A stretch of DNA of 64,000 nt from Eledone cirrhosa. Lineage: Eukaryota. The notes under the pieces are model-generated. The model did no database searches. It was not told where the DNA came from and worked only from the letters and a program-made list of their open reading frames with translations. Below, one piece after another: positions 52,685 through 64,000 of this stretch. Both the position numbers and the translations under genes were made by a program. The stretch spans positions 292,764,001 to 292,828,000 of the forward strand of contig OZ024740.1 of assembly GCA_964016885.1 (NCBI GenBank), written 5' to 3'. Numbering within the stretch: the first letter of the stretch is position 1; each line of letters begins with the position of its first letter.

Positions 52685-55600
52685 ATGGCCAATATAAGAG
52701 TTGGATGTGTGAACGTACGCGGCCTGGGGATGCCCTGGAAACAGGGCAAACTCTTAAACGACCTCAGGTCGCACAGTTTGGATGTGGTAGCCATTTGCGA
52801 GTCCAGGATCCACGGCGAGCGACAGCTGGCCCCCATCTTCGATGACTTTGAGATCTACGCATCTCTCTGTCAACCGGGTGGGTGGGGGCGGAGTTGCCGT
52901 TTTGCTGCGGAAACACCTGGGCCTCGTAACACAGACGGTACATCTGGACCCAGAGGGTCGACTGGTGGTCCTAGACGTTGACGGTAGTGAAGGTGGAGCG
53001 TTCAGGCTGGTGGCCGCATATGCCCCATCCGGGACACCGCGGCCAGACTTCTTCAAACGTCTAGAGACTTTTCTGGGAACGTCCCGCTCCTTGCTTTTAG
53101 TGGGGGACTGGAATGGAATCCTAGATGCACGTTGGGACTATGTGGGAGTATGTCCCGATAAAGGGGGGTGTAACAGCCTCAAGCAGTTAATCGACCGATT
53201 TGATCTGGCCGATAGATATCGACTAGATTTTCCGACTGCGCCAATGTGGACGTGGAGTAATCGTAGCGGAACATCTAGATCGTACCTAGATAGGGTTCTA
53301 GTTAGAAATAAGGATAGGGACATGTTAAGCTGTCCACAAATGTTCATGGTTGCCTATTCAGATCACAAACTAGTGACCTGCATGGCCAACCTTGATAGAA
53401 CCCATAGATAAGGACCCGGCTACTGGAAGCTGAACTTGTCGTTACCGACAAGCAAAGCCTACAGTAGACGGATTAGCACTTTAGTTAAACAGCACTTGAC
53501 AGGGGCCATTGTCAACAACAGATGGTGGTACTCTCTCAAGAGGGCAGTTAGATTAGACTCGATAGTTTTTAGTAAAGAATTAGCGTTAGATAGAAATAGA
53601 ACCGAGAAGGAACTGGTAGATAAAGTAGAAGAGGCAATTAGAAGTGGCAACGTCGCCAGCGTGCTAGCAACGAGAACGGCCTTGGACCAGTTCTTCGACG
53701 CAAAGCACGAGGGCTGCGTTGTCAGAAGCAAAATACGTGCTCTGGGAAACGAGGGAGCCAAAGCTGTTAGCTGGGCCCGAGTGACGGAGGCAAAAAGTGG
53801 CAACAAGTCCACGATTCGGTCTTTGAAGGACCAAAACGGACGCGTGATACGTGAGCCGAAGCAGATGTGTGCGGCTTTTCAGAGGCACTTTGCTCGGCTG
53901 TTCGGGGGGAGCGGCGCGCCGGGAGAGGCTATGGATTTTGGTCCATACCTCGACGGCCTACCGCGACTCTCGGACAGCGAGGCGAAGTTCTGCGAAAAGC
54001 CGATTTCAGCCACTGAGAGAGGGGACGCGCTGAGCCAATGCGGCAAACGCAAATCTCCAGGTCTCGACGGTCTACCCTACGAATTTTACGTAGCAATGCC
54101 GGACTTATTCTCCGGTCTCCTGGAAGCGGTCTACTGCAACTGGCAACAGAACGGGAGAATTCCCAGTTCTGTAACCGGGGGCGTGGTCACACTAATCAGG
54201 AAGGACGAGAATAAGGGGGATGACATAGGCAACTTCCGGCCCATAACTCTGCTAAACACAGAGTTACAGATTTTGGCCAAGGTGTTGGCAAAGAGGCTGG
54301 CGCTTGTCGTCGAGAACCTGGTGGGAGAAGCGCAGACATGCGCGATCCCGACCAGGTCCATACACGACAACCTCCACCTCATGCGATACATCATAGAGAG
54401 GGTAGGGTGTAAACCCGGCTTCGGTGGGGCTCTGATCAACTTGGATCAGTCTAAGGCTTTCGATAGGGTTGACCATCGTTACCTGGATGCGGTGCTCGAG
54501 GCGGCAGGCTTCGGACTCGTGTTCAGGGGCTGGATTGCTGCAATGCACAACAGCAACATCTGCTCAAGGGTCAAGGTGAACGGTTACCTCTCGGAGCCGT
54601 TCCATATTACGCGATCCATTCGACAGGGATGCCCTCTCTCCTCCCTTCTGTACGTACTGACTCTCGAGCCACTACTGCGGAAGCTGGAGCTATTGCAGGG
54701 CATCCCTCTGGAACCGGGACTGCGGAAAGCGGCGTCGGCCTATGCCGACGACGTGACAGTAATGGTGTCGAGCGCCTCGCAAATCGAGGAAGTCGGCACC
54801 TTACTAAAGGAATACGAAAGTCTCACAGGAGCGAAGCTGAACCGGGAAAAGTCCATCGGTTTGCAATTCGGATCGTGGAGAGGCAGACCGATGCCTTCCG
54901 ATGGCGTCGTCGGACGCTGGACGGAAGGACCGGTAAAGCTGCTCGGGGTCTGGTTTGGTCCGGACCTCCAGGTGGAGAAGAACTGGAACCAAGTGACGAC
55001 CAAGGTGTTTGCACTCACCTAGAAGTGGGCCGAGTGCAAACTATCCTTGAAAGGTCGAGCGGAGGTGGCGAACACTTTTATAGCGTCCGCCATCTACTAC
55101 CGCTTGACCGTCGTGCCTTGTCCAGCCAAAACGCTCGCCAAAATGGAGCGCGCGCTCTTCCGATTCCTTTGGAAGAGGCGGGCTCCTTTGGTGAGAAGAT
55201 CCATCTGCTGCCAACACCCTTCTAACGGAGGGCTGGGGATGCCGTGGTTGACGATGCGCAAACACGCGCTCAGGCTGCGGCATCTCTACGTATTCCTCAC
55301 CGGACAACCGGTGTGGGCCCCGTTCGTGAGACGAGCCTTCCCACGACTCGTCTCGCTGACCGAGCTGCAGTCCTGGGTCAAGCAGAGACCGAGGAAAATG
55401 GGCGACTGGCACATCGAATGTGCTCAGGCGCTCACAGCCCTCTGGCAGGCGGACCCGGCGATCAGTGGAGACTCCACTTCGTCATTCTATAGAGGGTTGG
55501 TCCGCAGCAAGTGCGACGACGCGCTCGGTGAAACTCTAGGCGTAGAGGAAGATGAACTGGCCAGTCTGTTCGGTAGGACCTTCCGCCCGGGACCGATGGA

Positions 55601-56123
55601 CAACTTCCAAAAGTCCCTGGCCTGGCAGTGCTACCGAGGAGCTCTACCAGTTCGAGACAAGCTCTACAGACATGGGCGCCCGGGCAGGGACCCTGCAAAA
55701 AAGATCTGTCCGAGGTGCGTGCGAGACGAAGAAACCGTCGCGCACGCATTCATACACTGCCCGGGCGTCACTGACGTGTGGGGCTATGTAGAACGACTAT
55801 TGCCGCGGGTGGGACCAATCCAGTTGACCACCGAGTCCATTGTCATGATCAAACCGCCACCCTCCTTCAAAAACGAAGGAGAGGCGGTTTTCCTTTGTGT
55901 GATAGCTATGGCGAAAGAGGTTGTATGGTGGACAAGGTTGAAAGGGCTGAGGTCAGACACCTTTCTCTCCGGCCAACAACTGATTCTTTTTTTCAAATAC
56001 CACTTTGGAAGAAGAATCAGGATGGAGAGAGAGGTGCTGTACCCCAGCAAGTTTTATGAAAGGTGGGTGAAAGTGGCGAGAATGGCCCGAGTGAATGGGC
56101 CTTCTCTCTATATCAGCCTGTAG
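52685..56123 (+). pseudogene. LINE ORF2 (APE + RT + C-terminal Cys/His motif); frameshift near 52885, stops at 53409-53411 and 55020-55022
   Basis: GCVNVRGL, ICES, VGDWN, SYLDRVLV, YSDH, SPGLDGLPYEFY, NFRPITLLN, LDQSKAFDRVDH, IRQGCPLS, AYADD, CPRC...ETVAHAFIHC. Confidence 0.93.
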
Positions 56124-57074
56124 GTTGAGGAAAAGGAGGAGGAGAGGAAAGGAGTACAAGCTCTTCGTACTCCTGGAGATGAGGGTTGCACATTTTTTTC
56201 GGGGGTCTGTGTTACCCATATAAACTGTCTCCCTCTATTGGGGAAAATCGACTAACTTTTAAATTCCATCTGTGATAACATTTTACACGTTTTTATTGTA
56301 TGTAAACTTCCCCCTTTGTATTTGTCCCCTTCTTTTGTGCCCCTGTGGCTAATAAAGAAATATATCTATTTATCTATGTGAGTGTTAACGAAGTCTTTGA
56401 CATCTATGATTTTTCTTCAAGATGAGTAATTGTTTTATAACTTTCGATACTATTTAGTGTTGAAAATAAAATAAAAATCTTAGCATTTCACTAAAAAGAG
56501 AAACAGTGAGTTCCCTGGTGGCAACACAAGACAAATCATTTACTTGACTCCATCGACATCTATTCTAAAGGTGAATGCTGATGGATTTGACAAGGACGTA
56601 AGTCATATTGTGGCTGGTAAAGAAAAGAGAATATAGAATATATGTTTTGATAGTTTTTCTGCAACTTGAGCGTCAAGAACATTTCTTTTTAAACCTCAGA
56701 TGAATACAAAAGCAGATTCAGCTTATTCTCGAGGCATACTAACTTGTGTCAAACTCTGTATTTCTGCTTATTGAATATCTGTACAGATATCATAGATGGT
56801 CAAGATACATTCACTGGTCGTTTAAAAAAAAATTATAAATAAGCGGGTACTTTATCTTATCAACTCCGTAAGGATGAATGGCAAAGCTAAACTCGAGGAA
56901 ATTTGAACTCAACTTAAAGGGCCGTAACTAAATGCCACAAAGCATGTTGTCTGACGCTCTACCGATATGACTAACCAAGCTGCTACAACTACCACAGCTC
57001 CTGCTTCTACTACTACTACTACTACTACTGCTGCTGCTGTTACTGCTCCTCCTCCTCCAACAACAACAACAACA

Positions 57075-57150
57075 ACAACAACTACTACTACTACTAATTA
57101 TTTCTTTATTGGCCACTAGTACAAAAAGACTGGGATAGTTGGGGTTTACA
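57075..57150 (-). mobile_element. Short 3'-UTR remnant of a related LINE ending in (TAG)n
   Basis: Minus strand tgtaaacccc...ctttttgtactagtggccaataaagaaataat-(tag)n resembles the LINE ends at 44718-44779 and 56300-56360. Confidence 0.55.
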
Positions 57151-57945
57151 AAAACGTAAAAATCGAGTAAAAAAAAACAAATTAACAAAAGCAAGTAACA
57201 ACAACAACAACTAAAATATCGACAATAGTTTGACAAAATTACAAAAAGAATTCATTCATTTTTAATAAAGGCCTAATATATTTTCTTTTCAGCTTGTCGT
57301 CTTTTGCACAATTGCTTAGATTTTGTTGTTGCTATTTTTGTCTTTTCGAAGATAGTTTGAGAAATGGAACATTGAATTGGATATGAATGAGTTTTTTTCG
57401 TTACATATTTGAATTGAAACCAAAAAAGCATCATGTTTTGTCTCCATTTTGTAGAAAACTATTGAATTTACTATTAAAAATATATACTGCATATTAAAAT
57501 AATTTATCTAAAGTTGTATGAATAGAATAAAATGAGATATTTTTTGAATATAATTGTGTAATAATACATATAATAAAATTTACAAATTTTTTCTCTATTG
57601 ACATTTAAAACGAAAGAATCAATTTTAAACATGTAGCGTTAACCTTATACCACATACTATCTCTTTTCACACTCTTTCTTGATTTTTGCAATAGCAATAT
57701 ATTAAGAAAATTATTTCCATTAAATTTTAGAAACGAAAATCGTTTAGCTAGATTTAATTCGTTAACTGAAGTACTTTCGTAATTCCAATTTTTAACTTAT
57801 TATTTCATTAGCTCTATTATGAATTAAAAGGTCATAGAATCAAATTGTATTATTTCTAGAAATCAAAATTAGAATGAACCTCACCGAGTTTTATGGTAAT
57901 TTATAAAACTACAGATATTCGCCTATTCATAGTGTTGATTAGACT

Positions 57946-59082
<1,137 letters not shown>

Positions 59083-59463
59083 TCAGCTAAAAATCAAACA
59101 TTACCTGTATCATCATTGAAGAGTCCTCAGATAGAATGATAGACACAGACATAACTGTATTGTTTAGAATTTCCCTTTGTATTATCGCGATTTCGCATTC
59201 GATTCCACCGTGAATCTTAGGAAAGTGTCAACTAAACTGTATGAAAGCTCATCAAGAAATCGGGGTAGTATGTTCAATCCGTTGACCGGCTTAATATCAT
59301 CACCTGATTCTTGGATGTACTCACCAGAGTTCACTATTTCACAAAAATTCGGGCCAGAATTCTGGTGTAAGAATAAATTCATTCATTCACACTACATGTT
59401 TCGGTAGCTCTGAAAATTATCATTTTCACTGCTATTTCTCTACGTTGGGCGTTTCCATATACA

Positions 59464-60118
59464 TCTACTATATAAATTGGAAGTGGTCGGACGTTGTATA
59501 TTTAAGTAAGTAGGTGTAGTCGGATAAACGTCGAAACGGCTTCGTGGAATGCAGCGAAAATTTACACAGTTATGCAGAATGACCCGAAGAGGCGTTGGGT
59601 CGACTTTTAGGGTACAAGCTTCGATGGTTACGGAGAAAATCGATTAAACAGGAATTTCCCATTCAAATTGAACTGAGAGTAATCTGTGAACGCAGAAGTC
59701 AATATCTCGAGAAACGTTCCAACCGAACGAAAACAGGAAGACGATATTTTGGTTCGTGAAGACGTTCCCTGGCAATGAACGGGAAAAAACAGCGAGGATA
59801 ATACGTCGTTATGTGGAGCGTGAAGAACAATTTCATGCAAAGTCAAGACCAATTTTATGGTATAAATGGACTCGTTAGATTAATATTCTATTTAACATAA
59901 CAGAATGATTTCCAGCCCCGGAGTTTAAGAATGATGTAAATAAAATTGAAAACGAAGATGACAGATGTTATTAAAATAGTAAAAGTAAATAATGAAGATT
60001 TATGCCAGTACATACGTATGCCCCGACGGACATACACATACATACGCATACACAAATACATACCCCCCACTCCACCCCACACACACACAAACACACACAC
60101 ACACACACACGCACACGC

Positions 60119-60163
<45 letters not shown>

Positions 60164-60609
60164 CGCGCGCGTGTATAAACCTTATGCATTTCTACAGTAT
60201 TTTCACCAAACTTAAGACATAGGTTACTTATGTACTCCGGATGGTCATGGGCACTGTCATTTTTCCAGATATTGATTATAGGGCCTCCCGGCAGATAACC
60301 CCCCCTTTAACCACTTCCTTGGAGTCGACTGAAGCACTGCAGTGCAATGCAACAAAACGTCATAACTTCTGGAGTTCGCAATCGATTTTCACAAAACTTG
60401 ACACATGGGCTACGTTTGTCCTACAGATGAATGTGAACTCTCAGAATTGGCACATATTGAGTAGGGGACCCCTGGGGGCAGGTACCCTCTATTGGAAAAA
60501 GCCGATGATTTTGTAAAAGTATAGTTTTCGAAGTACCACTGAAGTATTGACATAAATGGTATACACAACTGCTATTTAATACCCGTGCAACGCCAGGTAC
60601 CTCTGCTAG
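59464..60609 (+). mobile_element. Non-autonomous Helitron
   Basis: A|TC start (tctactatataaa), subterminal hairpin tacccgtgcaacgccaggta, CTAG|T end; internal (CA)n. Confidence 0.8.
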
Positions 60610-61504
60610 TATAGCATAAATTCTATTGTATTTAATGTTTACACATAACATATCTATATTCATTCAATTTCTATTAGAATAGAATTCATTTGTTTTTTTT
60701 TTAATCAAACTGATTTAATCATCATTCAGGCTGGAATAACATCGTGGTCTCGATTCAGGTTTTGAGTATTGATAAATATTTGTCATAGTTTTATTCTCTT
60801 TATGTGGTAATTTTTATATTGTTAGTGAAGTGATGTTTTCCCTCAAACTATTTACACGTTTTGAGTTTAATTTTCAAATATCAGTCGACAACAGACACCT
60901 AATTATATTTCTTTTTCACATTTTAAATTGAAGTAATATATACATAAATATACATTAAAAAAATTGATTCACTTTATAAGAACAACACAATATACAAAAA
61001 AAAAAAAAAAATCCCATTAATATTAATGTTCACAACGGTGTTTTCCCCCAGACGAAAACAACAATTGCCCCCCCCCCCCCCCCCCCATCAACAAATAAAG
61101 TAAACATTGAAAAAACAAAAACAAGAAAATGCAATTGACAAACTGGTAATAAATAATATATAAGGCAAAAGTGTTTCTTAAACGTTTCAATAATCATAGT
61201 AATTGACTATTGAATAAAATGTGTAAAGAAAGCTGCTAATAACTGTGAGAACACTCTCTAAAAGATCAGAATGAGAAAAGCTTTGATAATGAATTTATGC
61301 GTCATAGTTATTGAAGTGATATATTGCGATATATTTTCCTTCTGGGTTTTAGAATATTTAGGTTTCAAATATTCAATATTAGTGGTAACATACTTAATGC
61401 AGTGTGATGAGACAGCAAGTCAGACAAACTGATTAACAGTTAAGTTAGTGTTGATATATATAATGCACGGATCATTATGCAATGAACAATAAAAGAACAT
61501 TATT

Positions 61505-61690
61505 GGTGGATTGGCAGTATCGGTAGAGGGTCGGACGCCATGCTTTGACGCATAGAGTTACGGCCCTTGCCATTCTGAGTTCAAATCACGCCGAGGTTAA
61601 CTTTGCCTTTTATCCTTACGGGGTCGATAAAATAAAGTACCAGTAATGCACTGGGGTAATTACTGGCCTTGTGCCAAAAGTAAAAAAAAA
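61505..61690 (+). mobile_element. SINE family A
   Basis: Closely similar to 3721-3909. Confidence 0.85.
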
Positions 61691-62117
61691 TTATTAATCA
61701 ATTACTAATATCATTTTTAATTAACCCAGCAAGGTACAGGAAATAACTCTAGATGTGTTTGAGTCTTATTATGGACTCATTAGTGAAGTATAGAGTTCAT
61801 CGTACTTACTGAAGTAGTGATGAGATAAGTATTAAGTAAATGCGCTGGATTGTATATTGGTTGGCGTAGGAAAACAGAATTGTTTAGAAAATAAATAACT
61901 CAGAAACACTATACACATAGAAAACAATGGTTGCATAGTGTTAGACATATTTAATACAAGGAACATTGAAAAAGCTAACTGGAAATAGTTGTGTGGAGAA
62001 GAAAAAACAAAGAACAGCATTTGTTAGTGGAATAAATGTATTGCGATGTATCATTTGTTATAAAGCTGTATAATTCAGCGGCAAACAAATGTCATATGTA
62101 ACCTCTAGAGTAGCGAT

Positions 62118-62440
62118 AGCAGAACTCCGTCTGTTACGACGACGAGTGTTCCAATTAATACGATCAACGGAACAGCCTATTCGTGAAATTAACATGCAAG
62201 TGGCTTACACAAGAGCATTACACAAGAAGGTGTACCCATAACGTAGTTCTCAGAGAGATTCAGTGTAACACAGAATGTGACAAGGCTGCCGTTCGAATTA
62301 CAGGAATAACTCATTTTTGCCAGCTGAGTGGACTAGAGCAACGTGAAATAAAGTGTCTTGCTCAATGAAACAGCGTACCGCCGCGAATCGAAATCACAAC
62401 TTTACAATCTTGAGCCTAACCACTAAGAACACGCTCCTTC
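62118..62440 (-). mobile_element. SINE family B
   Basis: cagctgagtggactagagcaacgtgaaataaagtgtcttgctcaa is the reverse complement of the core at ~43022-43070. Confidence 0.78.
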
Positions 62441-62985
62441 ACCATAACCTCTAAAGTAGAAAGAAACAGAATTGCATACGAAACAAATAAGTGGTTGTTT
62501 TGGCAGAGTTATCAAAGCGTCGGATATTTGTTCCGTGTCTTTGAGTCGTGATTTTAAACCATACCGAGTTTCATGTTGTCTTTCATTATCAGCTTTCTCT
62601 TTTCCAGATCTTGGACGTTCTTCTAGATGAAGAGAATGTCTGTGGTTGCTCACCTAAAACTCTTAATGAAAGCATGGTACATACTATCAAGTCACACTCG
62701 TCTTCGAGTGACGACTGTTGTGTTTAGTATGCTATACACAGAGCATTGCGATAATGCATATCATCATGGTAAAAATAAAGTTTAGTTAGCATGCAGAATC
62801 GAATCGAAATCCTAAAATGAAATCCATATGTATAGCTAATACATCTATATATAGCTATATTGTACGAGGATCTATATTTTAATACGTGCCTCATCCACCC
62901 CATAGAATTTTTGTAATCCCTAATACCGCTATCAAAACATTTCAAATTCTTCAATTTATGGTTTATGAAAGAGAGGTCAACTTAC

Positions 62986-63221
62986 CGTCATCGTTTATAA
63001 TGGTGACCATATTGATGGCTACCTTGCCCAAAACTACTCGGTCGTTGTCGGTGGAATCCAAATACAGCTTAATGTAGAAGAACTCATCGGGTTCCCAAAC
63101 GTCATCATCAATGATCTCCACGTGGATTTCTTTAGAAGTCTCGTTTGGCTCAAAAACTACCGTCTGTTTGATTGGTCTGTAGTCACTTCCAGATTCTGCC
63201 GTCCCATCGCAGGTTTCCACC
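62986..63221 (-). CDS. Internal exon of a Na+/Ca2+ exchanger (SLC8/NCX family), Calx-beta Ca2+-binding domain
   Basis: VETCDGTAESGSDYRPIKQTVVFEPNETSKEIHVEIIDDDVWEPDEFFYIKL...VTIINDD has the DGTA..G.DY, IIDDD..E.DE.F and TI.NDD Calx-beta motifs. Acceptor ttctactacAG, donor G|GTAAG, 236 bp (phase 2 to phase 1). An alternative acceptor near 63244 is possible. Confidence 0.9.
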
Positions 63222-63734
63222 CTGTAGTAGAATAAAGGGGTCACTGAAAAAAGAATGACTAAGGAAAATTTAACAAGAACACTTCCAAATTCTTATTTAC
63301 ATTCCTTTCCGCGATATACCAGATTTCCCGAGGCCGAAGACGCTTCGTCCTCGAGGACGCACCCTAACTTTGACAACAAAAATTTGGAAAAAAAATAATA
63401 AACAACCTTCGGCCTCCAGGACGTATGGTAGATTTTTGATACTTATTTTAGGAAAGAAGTAGCGTCTTCGACACCGGGAAACACGGTACTTATATTCCAT
63501 TTATATCTATTATTAGTATTGTTGATGAAATCCAGTCAGCCCTAGCGGAACCAGCAGACCTATAATAAAAGGGGCTCAAGCTAAGATCCTTTCGTCCTTT
63601 TCGTGGAGATTGTATATTTAAGAATACATTGTTGAATGAACCTTATTCTTACCAAGTTATATTTTGAGGAAGACATTGCTTTTATTTCTAGTAAAACAAG
63701 CGACCATGTAGATGTTCTATTTTAGACTAATTTT

Positions 63735-64000
63735 GTTGATGTTGTTGCTTGTGGTGGTGATAGTAGTGGTGGTGGCAGTGGTGAGTGTGGTGGTTGTGAT
63801 AGATGTTGTGTGTGAGGTGGGTGTAGCGCTGCTGGTGGTAATGGTGATGATGGGTGTGGTGGTTGTGATGGCGATGACGGTGATGGTAGTGGTGGGTGTA
63901 GTCGTTGTGGCGGTTGTAGTGATTATGGTAGTGGTTGGTGTGGTGGTGGTGGTAGTGGTGGGTGTGGTGGTTGTGATGGTGATGGTAGTGGTGGGTGTGG
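63735..64000. repeat. Degenerate (GGT/GAT/GTA)n trinucleotide low-complexity tract
   Basis: Seen directly. Confidence 0.9.

Larger units (their letters stand above)
50521..56360 (+). mobile_element. Near full-length L1/Tx1-type non-LTR retrotransposon, copy 2 (less decayed)
   Basis: 5' UTR, Asn/Thr-rich ORF1 start at ~50738, CCHC knuckle, ORF2, AATAAA then tatctatttatctat. Confidence 0.94.

Noticed and set aside
59100-59410. Candidate next NCX exon (donor-like ACAG|GTAAT; ORF 59182-59382)
   Set aside because: No frame resembles Calx-beta or NCX sequence, and stops precede the donor.

Overview
AT-rich, repeat-dense eukaryotic DNA, most likely cephalopod (octopus-like; inferred from the SINE types). 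The only recognisable host coding sequence is one minus-strand Calx-beta exon of a Na+/Ca2+ exchanger (62986-63221), so most of the window may be intronic. The dominant feature is a ~20.3 kb array of near-identical 466-bp units (5112-25447) in two oppositely oriented arms (~26.4 and ~17.2 units). Every complete unit carries a minimal type I hammerhead ribozyme (43 copies), further hairpins, an octamer motif and a TATA-containing palindrome. Both outer ends are fused to (TA)n. This geometry fits a retrozyme-like circular RNA copied by rolling-circle reverse transcription primed from both sides of a break in a (TA)n tract (inference). Nearby are a Penelope-like RT fragment, four more unrelated hammerheads, several small fold-back inversions in (TA)n, three tandem L1/Tx1-type LINEs separated by (TATC)n, an R4/Dong-like 3' fragment in (TACA)n, RTE and mariner relics, non-autonomous Helitrons, a MITE and about ten tRNA-derived SINEs. 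Nearly all ORFs in the track outside the LINEs and the exon are artefacts of repeats.
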